A stretch of DNA of 63,384 bases, counting the filler, from Globobulimina sp. (lineage: Eukaryota), in assembly GCA_003354225.1 (NCBI GenBank). It is 29 parts of 29 records of this genome, joined end to end, with 100 filler letters (N's around TTAATTAATTAA, not from the genome) between each part and the next. Parts side by side here need not be neighbours in the genome. Positions count along the whole stretch, not along the records: positions 48,169 to 50,256 come from PIVH01009098.1; positions 50,357 to 52,444 come from PIVH01009099.1; positions 52,545 to 54,632 come from PIVH01009100.1; positions 54,733 to 56,820 come from PIVH01009101.1; positions 56,921 to 59,008 come from PIVH01009102.1; positions 59,109 to 61,196 come from PIVH01009103.1; positions 61,297 to 63,384 come from PIVH01009104.1; 22 more parts are not named here. One strand, given 5' to 3'. Numbering within the stretch: position 1 is the stretch's first letter; each line of letters begins with the position of its first letter. Below the pieces are notes generated by a model. That model was given only the letters and a program-made list of their open reading frames with translations. It searched no databases and was not told the origin of the DNA. Shown one piece after another: positions 49,445 through 61,628 of this stretch. The position numbers were made by a program, and so were the translations under genes.

Positions 49445-50256
49445 ATGATAAAAAAAATAACGCGTAATCTATCAATTGCGACATTTACATTGTTTGCATT
49501 GTTAATGTGGACACTCACTCTTTATTTACAGCAACACAAACTGAGTGGACACTCACTCTTTATACAAGCAGCGCGAGCTAACAATCTAACTAAAATCAAT
49601 AGAAATTATGAAATTTACCAATACAGCAAATACTGCGAGAAATCAACAGCCAGTGATTACAAATTTGTTGCATTACAAATCGATGGGTTATACCATACGG
49701 GAACGAATTGGTTATTTAAAACATTGAAAGATAAATTAAGAATCTATCAAAGGCCTCCATGGCATAAACACCATTTGATATCAGCACAATTAGTGAATGA
49801 ATACATGAATACTGACAACAAACAGCGTAATAAATATAATACGTTGTCAGTGATATTAATAAAACATCCATTGACTTGGTTTAGATCATATTGTAAAACA
49901 TATTATGATTTGCTCCCATTGAATGTAAGCTGGTTTAATGAGTATTGTCCATCAAATATACATTTATCACAGACTCATCATATGAAATATTTAATGGATG
50001 ATCCCAAGGAAGCTCCTATCCAAAATACAACATATTCCTCGTTGGTACATGTTTATAATGATTATTATGAGCATTATATAAATGCGCAAATATTAGATTT
50101 ATATCCTTTCATTATAGTAAAGTATGAAGATTTATTGCTTGATCCTCAGGGAGTAATAAAAGATCTATCTCATTGTATTGGCGCTGATATTGAAGATTTA
50201 AAAAACATTGACATTTTTTCAGACGCAGCCTCACCAAAAGGGACAGGATCGACCTT
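49445..50256 (+). CDS. Golgi-type sulfotransferase (3' partial)
   Basis: N-terminal TM, GLYHTGTN (5'-PSB-like), WHKH, IKHPLTWFRS and VKYEDLL. Confidence 0.82.
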
Positions 50257-50356
50257 NNNNNNNNNNNNNNNNNNNNNNNNNNNNNNNNNNNNNNNNNNNN
50301 TTAATTAATTAANNNNNNNNNNNNNNNNNNNNNNNNNNNNNNNNNNNNNNNNNNNN

Positions 50357-52069
50357 AAGATACGTGCCTGCAAGAAAAGAGATTCTTCGGTGTCGGATAT
50401 TTTGAGTAATATTATTGAAAGAGATGGCATATTTCCTTTGAATGGACGCGATAAAATGTTGATATATGCAAATAAGAAAAAATTAATGAAAAATTGTGAG
50501 TGCATAGCTACTTTTCTACGCAGTGTCAATTGGTTGGATATTTCAGCGCGAATGGAAGCTTATGATTATTTGGAAAAATGGTGTGGGCCAACTCGAAATT
50601 ATGAGGATATGATTGAATTATTACGATACGAGTTTGCAGATAATAGGATCAGATTATATGCTATACTTTGTTTGAATAAGTTGGATGATTATACGTTGCA
50701 ACGCAAATGTTTGTTGCAGTTAGTCCAAGCATTGAAAAATGAAACTCATCACGCTTCGTTTTTGAGTCGTTTTTTGATGATGCGAGCATTAAACAATCCC
50801 TTCCAAATCGGACATTATTTGTTTTGGCATTTAAAGAGTGAGTATCACGGCGATAATCTATATAATTTGCAATATAACGAAAGATATGGTCTGTTGCTAG
50901 AAGAATATTTACTGTATATACCGTATTATGCGCCATATCCAAAAGTTAATGTAATCAAACAATTACATAAAGAAACGCAATTGATAAACGAATTGAAATT
51001 CATTTCGTTTGCTATGAAAAATGCCAAAAACGCTAAAAAAAAATGGAATAAGCAAGATTTGAAGAATTTGTTACAGCAGGAATTGATGAGATTAAATCAA
51101 CAATTTTTCAATACAAACGATACAATGATATTACCATTAAATCCATCATACAATGTCGGAAACATAGAGTTTGAAAAATGCAGATTTATGTCCTCTGCGA
51201 AAGTGCCATTGTGGTTAGTTTTTAGCAACGCGGATCCATTTTGCTGCGACTCGATCGAAATAATGTTTAAATGTGGCGATGATTTGCGGCAAGACATACT
51301 TACATCGCAACTCATATCTGTGATGGATTCATTTTGGTTAAATGCGAATATTGATTTAAAAATGAAAACGTACGAAGTGATTGTGACCGGATCAATGAGT
51401 GGTATGTTAGAATTAATTCTAAATAGCAAAACTATCAATGATATTGGTATCAGCACCACATCGCATTTGAAATATATTTGCAATAATAATTCGGATTCAG
51501 ATTCAGATTTAGACTTAAAATTAGAAGAAAAAAAAGAAAATTATTCTCGCTCAGTTGCGGGATATTGTGTGGCAACCTGGACGTTAGGGATTGGAGACAG
51601 ACATCCCGACAATATTATGATTCATCAAAATGGCGCTTTATTTCATATTGATTTTGGACATTTTTTGGGCAATTTCAAAGAAAAGGATATCGGTGGTTTG
51701 CTTACGTGGAAGAGAGAGAGAACACCATTTGTTTTTACAAACTGTATGAAATATTGTATTCAAGGCGGTGATGCACAAAACAAACAGCAAAAAAAGTTAT
51801 ATGCTCAATTTGTTAGATGGCTATTTGTGGCATACTCTGAGATACGGAAACGATATAAGTTTTTATTAAGTTTATTGTTATTAATGTTACCATCGCAACT
51901 TCCTGAACTGATCACAGAGTCAGATGTTGAATTTTTTACTCAAATACTACGTTTGGATTTATATGATAATCAATCCATTGCATCTCATATTGAAAATACA
52001 TTAAAATTTTGTTTATCGGATAAAACAAAAAAGTTTGATGATATGATGCATAAAATACATCATTTATAA
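50357..52069 (+). CDS. Class I-like phosphatidylinositol 3-kinase, helical and kinase domains (5' partial)
   Basis: LLQLVQALK.E, FWHLKSE, MSSAKVPLWL, FKCGDDLRQD, LGIGDRHPDN, HIDFG and RERTPF. Confidence 0.95.
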   Translation, partial: KIRACKKRDSSVSDILSNIIERDGIFPLNGRDKMLIYANKKKLMKNCECIATFLRSVNWLDISARMEAYDYLEKWCGPTRNYEDMIELLRYEFADNRIRLYAILCLNKLDDYTLQRKCLLQLVQALKNETHHASFLSRFLMMRALNNPFQIGHYLFWHLKSEYHGDNLYNLQYNERYGLLLEEYLLYIPYYAPYPKVNVIKQLHKETQLINELKFISFAMKNAKNAKKKWNKQDLKNLLQQELMRLNQQFFNTNDTMILPLNPSYNVGNIEFEKCRFMSSAKVPLWLVFSNADPFCCDSIEIMFKCGDDLRQDILTSQLISVMDSFWLNANIDLKMKTYEVIVTGSMSGMLELILNSKTINDIGISTTSHLKYICNNNSDSDSDLDLKLEEKKENYSRSVAGYCVATWTLGIGDRHPDNIMIHQNGALFHIDFGHFLGNFKEKDIGGLLTWKRERTPFVFTNCMKYCIQGGDAQNKQQKKLYAQFVRWLFVAYSEIRKRYKFLLSLLLLMLPSQLPELITESDVEFFTQILRLDLYDNQSIASHIENTLKFCLSDKTKKFDDMMHKIHHL

Positions 52070-52801
52070 TGTTGGGACAAAAAAACCGAATGTATACAGT
52101 ATACATGCAAGCAAATGAGAAAATATATGTAAAAATATACAAGAAACGTTTCTATTGTTTGTTAATTTATTATCATTTTCGAAAGCATTTACCTTCTTTT
52201 TTTTTTGTTTGTTGGATTTTTGATAGAGGCCCTCGTACTTTGGCAAACATTTTACGTACTAAATACTAACATAAACAAAATCTTTTGCAACACATCGAAA
52301 TATTTATGGAAACATAAAATAACATAATACACCAATCGTGATTTTTTGTTGTATACCGAGTATGAAGAAGGAGCTGCAAAATATGGATTCCTACTAGAAG
52401 CAATCAACATACCTGCAAACAATGTTATTTATACATATTATTCTNNNNNNNNNNNNNNNNNNNNNNNNNNNNNNNNNNNNNNNNNNNNTTAATTAATTAA
52501 NNNNNNNNNNNNNNNNNNNNNNNNNNNNNNNNNNNNNNNNNNNNATGTGCTCCATTCTATAAATATATTAGTACAACTAATATATATATTAGTACTAATA
52601 TGCGTACCTCTTATCGGGAACACTACTGTATGCAAAAACGAACAATAAATCTAATGCGCCCGCCAGGGCGCCATGCTACTTATTTATAATATTTTTTTTT
52701 CGTATTTTTTTTTGCTGCTCTCTATAAGTTATAGTGGGGTTAATTTCAAATGTTTTTGCGTATTTCGCGTAAATCCGATCATTAAATTAAGCTAATCTGA
52801 C

Positions 52802-54471
52802 ATGGGCAACAGGTTTAGCGCCGATGATTTGGAGTCTTGGCAGCCTAAAACAAACGAACGGAGGCAATCTCAGATTCGCAACTCAGAACAAGCAGAAATG
52901 GAAGAATTAATACAAGAAAATGTACAGCAAAATTGATAAAAATGCATTATATTTAAGCCGCGAACCATCGAAACTCTCGCGATTAAATTATATGCACGCT
53001 TTGTGTCACATTTTAAAATACAAAAATATCGACAGTTTGAGTTTATGGAACTGGAGATTTCTAGGATCAAATGAGAAATATATATGTCGATTGGCTCTCG
53101 CATTACAAAACAACCGCCATATTCAAACATTGCATTTAGTAAATTGCCATCTTGATTGTCAATCAAAGCTGAACATTTTGGTCCAATCCTTAAAATATAG
53201 ATATTGATTTCAGCGGCAATAACTTTGGAAAGGATGCAAATGCTATAAAATTATTAGGTACTTTTTTGTCAACATATAAATGTACGCAGAACATAGAAAA
53301 AATAACATTGCGCGCTACAATGCTGCAGGACAAACAATTTATAACTTTGATAAATATCTTATCCCAATCAAATACATTAGTAAACTCATTAAAAGTATTA
53401 AGTGTCACTCACAACAAATTAAAAGCGCACTCCATGCACTGTTTGACGCAATGGCTACTCACATCGGATAGAGACAGGGATAGGAATAAGATGTTAAGTT
53501 TAGCTCTGACCTGTAATCCTATCAAGGACTCTGGCATCAAAAACTTAATACCTTTGATCCAAAGTGACATTTGCATTTCTGAATTGTATTTAAGAAGTTG
53601 CAATGTTACAACCGCAGGCATTCTATATTTATTTGAGGCATATTTGATGCGACAGCACCGAGTTATTTATCAACAGACAAAGTTGATTTATAGTTTGCTG
53701 GATCGGGGTCAGCACTCGATTCCCTTTCCAGTATGTTCAATCATTGTAGAATTTATTGCTGACTGGACAATGGATAGCCGGTTGTCGCTCCATTTTGGTT
53801 TTGCGAGATGTTCCTTGCTGAATATGGATGGTTTTAATACAATAATTGAGAGGTATATAATTGGAGGAAGATTGATTGCAAAGTGTATTGATATTCGAAT
53901 GACACAGAATCAAAAGACAGAGATAAATGTTGTCAATATTTATAAACTGTTTCACTATTTAAAGTATGGCAGGAATGGCTGTATTGGCCGCTTGATTTTT
54001 TGTGTGGGTTTGCATAAATTTAATGTGACCAATAAAATAATGCAATTGTTGACAGTAAATATCACTGAAATGGATATTGATGTTGCTATAAATGATATGA
54101 ATGTTGCATGTATTTCTAATAATATTACTGTCAAAAAGCAATCACAAAGTCATGAAAGTGTTCAAGATGTGAACAATTTGAATATTATAAATGATATAAT
54201 TAATCAAAATCAGACACAATATAAAAAACAAAGGATGGAAGATATTTTAAAAGATGATCAAAATGAAAATGAACAACAAGAAGAGGTTGCTGATAATACA
54301 CAAGAGATTGATATGATTTTATTGCAAGAATTAAGCGAATTGCATGTCAAGTTAAAAAAAGAAAGATTAAATATTTATAGTGATCATGATATTACATTTC
54401 AATTAAACACGAATGGTGATTTTGGTGATTTTGATTTGCTCCATAAGGCATATATCGATTTATATGGTTGA
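52802..54471 (+). pseudogene. RNI-like leucine-rich-repeat gene with two frame breaks (~52920 and ~53195)
   Basis: MGNRFS start and LxLxxN/C repeats spread over three frames, with no obvious GT-AG introns at the breaks. Confidence 0.55.
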
Positions 54472-54732
54472 TGGGTATTTTTCATTTGACTGACTTAGAA
54501 TCAATGTTTTAAGAATTGACTTTGGCCAACTAAGTGATTTTCGAGACCGTTACATTTCATGTCTCCAATGTCTACACTTGTCTTTTAGATTGGCGATCCT
54601 AAATATGATTTTTACGAGGGAATTTCGTATAANNNNNNNNNNNNNNNNNNNNNNNNNNNNNNNNNNNNNNNNNNNNTTAATTAATTAANNNNNNNNNNNN
54701 NNNNNNNNNNNNNNNNNNNNNNNNNNNNNNNN

Positions 54733-56820
54733 CTTCAATCTCTGCATAAGTATCAACCCAGGCATCGGTGGTTGATGCGTCATATCTGACAAATAGCTGA
54801 ATACGCTCATGCCTTCATCAATGCTTCGAGTACATTCCGTGTCTAAATAATATTCAATAACCACTGTGTCTGACACGGACTTATCGATCAAATAAGACAC
54901 AACCGTTGTTACTACGGACAATAACGAAGCGACGAAGGCGGAGACCACAGCATCTGTGACATCATCGATTGAATAACAATAAATTGCCTGCACCAATAAT
55001 TGGGGAATATTCTGTGTATAATAATTTATAAAATATATTAAACTATCTAAATAATTAAGATAAAAAGACGCAACTTCCAATATTATATTTCCCCAAACTT
55101 TATATTTCACCATATTTTTCAACTCATACTGGGTCAATCCAGAACTGGTCATCGTATGTCCGAAACAATTTGATGATACTACAGCCAAAGCCGGGTAAAA
55201 GCCGCCGGAGATCAACACTAAAACGGTAAGAACAGCGGAATTATCATTTAACCAAACCATACAGTCTCTGCTTTCTTTGACAATTCTTTTGACTCTGACC
55301 ACAAATATTACATTTATAATATATGGCAAAATCACAAACAAAATAGAACCAATCTCTGCAATAAATAATAAAATATCATCTATTTGCGCACCATTTGCTG
55401 TCCATATCTCAATCGCCAAATTAATATCAGTCGCTATATCATAAAATTGTATCGCGAACATTATCAAAGATACATATTTTCCGTCATCAACGGCGTTGCT
55501 ACATGACATGACAGGAAACAGTCCTTTATTGAATAAAAAAGCACACAACGCAGTCAACGCTATCAAGGCTGTCATGGATAGGACGCCATAAAAGATGTAA
55601 TCTATGCCATTGGTGCTCGGATTTAATTGTTTGATTACTGACATTGACTGAATATAAAATATTAACTCATTATTCCCAAATAATTGTCTTAATTCTTTAG
55701 TAATAAATGGAATAAATGCTCCAGATTCCGATTGATCAAATTTCTGTAAATTATTACATTCTGCGTTGTCACACAATGTTTTTGAATATAAAGTCATGGC
55801 TGTTTGCATCGCTAATTCTGCATTGTACTCGCTGTCAATCTCTGCAATGCCAATTTCATTGATACTTAACATTTGAACCCAAAATTGAGAATATGTCACA
55901 ATAACGCTTTCATCCAAAATAAAGCCTTCCTCGATTTTGCGACAAATATTCTCCGTGACAGACACGGCATTTTCTGTCAATTTAGTAATATCATTTTTGA
56001 CCCAGTTTTCGAGTTTATACTCGACAGTGAAATACGACGCATATTCATCATTTCCGGTGGGGACTCGAGTTGGTGCATTAGAAGGAGCGGTTGTTGGCAA
56101 CGGAGAAGGTCCAAAGGTTGGCGGGTCAGTCGGCGATAAACTTGGATTAAATGTTGGTGTTTCTGATGGATTTTGTGTGGCAAAAGTTGGCGCTGACGAT
56201 GGGAATTGGGAATGATAAGTGTCTGCGTCAAATACTATTCGAAGTGAATGGAATGTTGCGGAGGATTCCGATGTAGCAAACCCAACAGAACCATAATTAT
56301 ATAATGAATCACCATAAGAAAATTGAAATGTATTATCCAGATATACAGATATGTCAGTCAAATATGCCTCAATTCGTAGGGCGTATATTTTATTTTGAAC
56401 TAATGTGACAGATTGCGATTGTAATTGTTGCCATCCATTATCATATTTACCCAAAACGAGGGATTGTCCGTAATATTGGAGATATACAAAATATTGCTGT
56501 CCTATGGATTTTATGCGAAATATAATACCAACTTTATCGCCATTAACAGAGCCAGGAAGTAACTCAATTTGTGCTTCAATTTTATAATTGCTCCAAAGTA
56601 ATGAATTTTTATCTAAGTCGCCTAACCATAGCACATTTTCGTCGGTTACATTTGTTTGTTGTATGGTGCAAAGTGCATCATTTATGAGCCAATCTCCTTT
56701 AACTACACTAAATCTGTTGGATGCGTCACACAAATAATTGAATATTTGCATATTGTTTGCCTCATATTCGTACATATTACTTGTGTAAATGGCCAAATTT
56801 GTAATGTTTGCGTTTAAGGA
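54733..56820 (-). CDS. Cell-surface multi-pass membrane protein: lectin/DUF1080-like domain, S/T/P stalk, multi-TM (partial at both ends)
   Basis: WSNY..EA, GIIFR and GSVGF beta-sandwich motifs, PTxxPT repeats and several TM helices. Probable in-frame intron at ~55014-55073. Confidence 0.7.
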
Positions 56821-56920
56821 NNNNNNNNNNNNNNNNNNNNNNNNNNNNNNNNNNNNNNNNNNNNTTAATTAATTAANNNNNNNNNNNNNNNNNNNNNNNN
56901 NNNNNNNNNNNNNNNNNNNN

Positions 56921-57179
56921 CAACCGCGGCCCAGAAGGCCGTTATAGCGCTCTGAAGAATCGCAGGGCCGGCACCCGGAGCCGAGACACCAACCATAGCA
57001 CCCTTGAGCGCTGTGATAGCGCTGGTGAGCGATCCGGTGGTGGTTGGAACAGCCGCAACAGTGGAAGCGGAAAAATAGTTTTCCCACGCGGTACCAAAGC
57101 TGTTGATCGCGTCAGGTTCGTTGTCGACGGGTACCAGGTTGGCAAGCTCAGTTGCGAGCGTTGTGGGTGATAGCGCCAT
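56921..57179 (-). CDS. GC-rich phage structural-region hypothetical protein (3' partial)
   Basis: MALSPTTLATELANL.... Starts 3 nt after the spike gene stop, with high GC. Confidence 0.55.
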
Positions 57180-57182
57180 GCG

Positions 57183-57556
57183 TCAACCGTCCGGAAACTT
57201 GAGCTTGTTGGAATTGATCGATGCATCCCACGGCGGCGCCACTATCAACGGCGTAGGCGGCCCCGAAGGTCCCATTCCTGTCGGGTGAACATGGGCGTCA
57301 AAGGCGTCGAGTTTCCCCTTCAGACTGGTGTAGAGCGTTTGCAGGTGATCGGCGATGGCCGCCTTGACCCCGCCGTCGCCAAGAAGGGTTGCAGCGTCGC
57401 CATCCTTGCCCGTGATCTTGAGCGCCGCGCCTTCGTCGAGGATCGCTTCGATCTCGTTCTCCTTGAGATGGATCGAGTGTTTCCCCAAGACGCTGATCTT
57501 GATCGTCCCGTCGACGTCGATCAAGATCTGGCTCACGTCGGTGGTGTTGCCGACTG
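57183..57556 (-). CDS. Phage spike (gp138/gpV-like) C-terminal fragment
   Basis: LLGDGG...FDAHVHPTGMGPSGPP, an HxH tip motif. GC-rich. The 5' end is lost at a junction near 57557. Confidence 0.75.
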
Positions 57557-57954
57557 TGCTTTGTTTTGGTATTACATTTGTAATTTGTTGGCAATATATG
57601 CATTTGTTTGAAGTCGGGATCAGTACCATATTTATTTGCTTTTTGATCGATGAAGAGAGGAATAAAAAATTAGGCACTATGAAAGCTTCGAAACGGTTAA
57701 GAAAAATCATCGGAGCTAACCAACCAACCAAACATCAGATGATGAATAAAGCCAAATCGGTCAGGAATGTTGGTTTAACAAAACCACTTTTAGAGGGTGA
57801 TGGTGATGGTGATGAAGAGGAGCAGAAAGAAGAAGAATCAAAATCTGGGTCGCATTCTTTATCAATTACGCAAGAGGATGATGGTGCAAATGATGAGGAT
57901 GCAGGGGATGTAATCGATGATATTCAAATTGAATTGCAACAAACAACCAGTTAG
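57557..57954 (+). CDS. C-terminal fragment of a eukaryotic membrane protein
   Basis: AT-rich; TM segment ...LFEVGISTIFICFLIDEE followed by an acidic tail. Reminiscent of choline-transporter-like C-termini. Confidence 0.45.
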
Positions 57955-58339
57955 AATTGAATTGTTTGTAAATATAAATTAATATTATTTTGGATCGTTT
58001 TTGTTGTCTGTATGCATATGATTTGGGGTTTAAACGTTGATATATATATTTTGTATTAATGAAAAACGTTTGAACGTATTGCATTTCATTTTTTCATAAT
58101 ATTACGCAATATTATATGTTTTGTTATTTTTTTTTGTGTTTAATATCGGTTTTTCGATATCTTATCATGCGTTTCCCCCTTATCTTTTGCTTGACTTTTC
58201 TTTGTTTTTGTTGTATTGCTATATTAATATTAACCATTTGCTGCTGAACAATTTTGTCTTCAAGAATATATACACTTTCATAACAAGGATACTTACTTCA
58301 CTCAAAAACTTATGATCAAATCTGAAAAAAACACAGAAA

Positions 58340-59008
58340 TTACGAGTGTGAGTGTGAATATTTATATGATACCATTTTGACTAATGTTTTATGACAAGGC
58401 AAAGTCACAGCGATTCTGTATTGCTCTTTAGTTATATTTTCATACGCAATATCAATAAATCTTTCATTCTTTGAAAAACCAATTGTATTTTCATTCAAAT
58501 CCAAGTGCACACCAATAATATCACCATCTGTAAATTCAATTTTATGCGTTTCAGATGGATATGGAGTCCATCCACGTGATAAATGATAAGTTTTCTCTCC
58601 ATCATACGAATACGCATAATTCGTATAAAATGTTGTATAAAAACAAGCTGAATGATGCCATTTCTTCTCCGGATCCTTAAAAGTACAATTAAATACATTG
58701 TTAGCTGCAATTCCAATCACAACACGGTGTGATGCTTTTGTCATTTGAACTTTCCATACATGCAATCCTTTTGAGGCTAACTGATTCCCATATATAGTGA
58801 CTGGAAGATGTACCCTCATCGCTAATGAATCTGTTTTTGATGATGTCGCATACCGCCCATCAGGTACAACTTTACTATCTTCCTCATCTAACCAATAATC
58901 AATGTCCAAAAAAGCATAAATAATAAAGTAATTAATAATAGATTGAGGGATATGTAGATTGTAGTAATTGACTGCTGTTTGTCTGATAAATCCCAATGTT
59001 AATAAAAC
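58340..59008 (-). CDS. SPRY/B30.2-domain protein (5' partial)
   Basis: G.HVWKV, VIGI, F..GDIIGVHLDL...TIGFSKN and YRIAVTL. Confidence 0.85.
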   Translation of the reverse strand, partial: VLLTLGFIRQTAVNYYNLHIPQSIINYFIIYAFLDIDYWLDEEDSKVVPDGRYATSSKTDSLAMRVHLPVTIYGNQLASKGLHVWKVQMTKASHRVVIGIAANNVFNCTFKDPEKKWHHSACFYTTFYTNYAYSYDGEKTYHLSRGWTPYPSETHKIEFTDGDIIGVHLDLNENTIGFSKNERFIDIAYENITKEQYRIAVTLPCHKTLVKMVSYKYSHSHS

Positions 59009-59296
59009 NNNNNNNNNNNNNNNNNNNNNNNNNNNNNNNNNNNNNNNNNNNNTTAATTAATTAANNNNNNNNNNNNNNNNNNNNNNNNNNNNNNNNNNNN
59101 NNNNNNNNAACTGATATAAAAAGAGATTTTTACGATAAAGCAAAAATGCCTATCGATTTAAAGATTTTAACTAGTTAAGCTAGTCATCAGAATAAATATA
59201 TATAAATAAACAGTTTTCGAGAAAAAAAAAACCTAAAAGGAGAATCCGTTCGTCTTGAACAAGTATTGAGAGATTAACATTTATAATACATAAATA

Positions 59297-61196
59297 ATGT
59301 TACTGTTAGATGAGAAGGCAAAGAATGAGATATTTACCCAAATACACATAGACCCTGAAGTAAATTTTAAGATATTAAAACCTTTAGGAGAAGGTGCCTA
59401 TGGCGCAGTATTTAAGGCATTGGATCGTCGCGACAATCAATTAGTTGCATTAAAAGTGATGCGATTTGACCCAGAAGAATGCCAAGACTTACTCTCAGAA
59501 ATACGTATATTACGGCAATGTAACAACGATTACATTGTAAACTTCAAAGACACATTTCACAAAGACGGCAATATATGGTTAGCCATGGAATTTTGTGAAG
59601 GCGGTTCCGCTCTCGATATCGTTAAAGTGACTAAACACACCTTATCCGAACGACAATGCCAATGCGTCTTATTCCACTCTTTAAAAGGATTACAATATTT
59701 ACACTCCAAAAACTTAATCCACCGCGATATTAAAGCTGCCAATATCCTCATCAATAAAGACGGACGCTGCAAATTAGCAGACTTTGGCGTGGCGAAATCA
59801 GTGCGTGCCTCCGGTGCCGGCACTACCATCGGTTCGCCCTATTGGATGGCCCCGGAAGTATTAGGCACCGAAAAGTATGACAATTCTGCCGATATTTGGT
59901 CGTTGGGCATTGTCGCCATTGAAATGGCGATTGGCAAACCACCGTTAAGTAACTATAAACCGTTACAAGCCATGTTTATGATACCCAAAAATGAGCCGCC
60001 TACCATCCCCGAAGACTATATTGATGATTTTAGTGCCGGTTTTATTGCTTTCATCGCCAAATGTTTGAGTAAAAACCCAGCCGCGCGACCCACTGCAAAA
60101 CAGTTATTACAAAGCGATGAGTGGATCAACAAAGTGGCGCATCCTATCAATGCGGTGGAGAAAGAATTAATGCCATGGATCCGGAATGTTATGCCACTGA
60201 TTGAGAAAGACCGCGACTTACAAGCACGCATTGCCAATCAAGACGAGTCCTATGACGAATCCAAATGGAGCGATTATACTTCGTCGGTGCGACACTTATC
60301 CATTGGCAATACGGGCACCATGAACAATAATGGCACTATCAATACCAATACCAATAACAATGGCACCTTAAAAGTAGTACACGATGATGAGGAAGATCTG
60401 CATGATCCATATGCGGATAATGGTGGTACTATTTTAATACGCAAATCAAGCTCAGATTCTACCAAACAAACATCTATTAATGATGAGGCGGATGAGGATG
60501 AGGATGATGATGAAGAGGATAATTTTGATGGTGGGACTATGATCACTGTACAGACCAAACATGATGAAGAGGAGGAGGATGAGGAGGATGAGGAAGATGA
60601 AGAAGAGGAGGATGAATATCATGAGAATGGCTTCAGTCCCTCCTCGCAAGAAACACCCATCAATTCCCCTCATCACCACTCCACACATTCTGCGTTGACC
60701 CAATCCACTGTCACTACTGCAGCACCGGTGGATAATAATAATCATAACCAATCAAAGAGGGAGTATGCACGTGGTGGTGGTGGCGGTTATAGTTTAGGGA
60801 ATAGTTCGTTTGATGGCAATACCATGGTACGGCAGAATAGTACCGATGATGAGGAGGAGGACCCATTCCAAGGACAGACTATGTATAGGGCACCGACTGT
60901 GGAATCGCCGCGATTATTATTAGATGACGAGAATGTGGATGAGGATGAGGATGATCCATACAATTTAAATATAAACATGAATGATACGGATACAGTGACA
61001 TCAATGAACACTACCAAACCAGCCATGAGTATCTCGCCTAAAACCAATATCACACAGTTTCAACCGCGGAGTGTGGCCATGTCTGATGATGAGGATGTAC
61101 GGTACGAACCGACGCGTGGATATATAAATAAACCATCCACTCCTATCCCTGTACAACAAAGTTTAGTTTTCATGGTTTGCTGTTTTTTGTGTTTTT
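59297..61196 (+). CDS. STE20-family MST/Hippo-like kinase (3' partial)
   Basis: LGEGAYG, ALK, WLAMEFC.GGS, HRDIKAANIL, DFG and TIGSPYWMAPE. Acidic tail with repeated GT[MIL] motifs. Confidence 0.93.
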
Positions 61197-61628
61197 NNNN
61201 NNNNNNNNNNNNNNNNNNNNNNNNNNNNNNNNNNNNNNNNTTAATTAATTAANNNNNNNNNNNNNNNNNNNNNNNNNNNNNNNNNNNNNNNNNNNNGGAA
61301 TGGTAGGACCAATGAGGCTGCTATAAAATATAGAATCTGTATATTGTGATCTTTGTTATGTTTTGATACGATTGGAACATATCTCACATACTGTTTAACA
61401 TATATTGAAATGCTGAAAAGTCTAAGACTGAATTCATTGCAATTGAATAATTGCATTGTATTAACAATAGAAGGATGATTGGTGACATGATCATCATCGA
61501 AGCACTCAGTGAAGAGATTTTGCGAATTAACCAAAGTAAACTACAGTGAATCGTCCACAATAAAACCGAATGCTAAAATAGAAACGAAAAACTGCTTTTC
61601 ATATATACGGTTACAGTATCTATTAAAG

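Noticed and set aside
35091-57556. Two spike genes as parts of one contractile injection system in the host
   Set aside because: They lie on different contigs with very different GC content, and no sheath or tube genes are visible. Independent phage fragments are more likely.
2092-61296. Regularly spaced TTAATTAATTAA repeat as a CRISPR-like or biological array
   Set aside because: It is always embedded in N-runs, so it is an assembly linker with six-frame stops.
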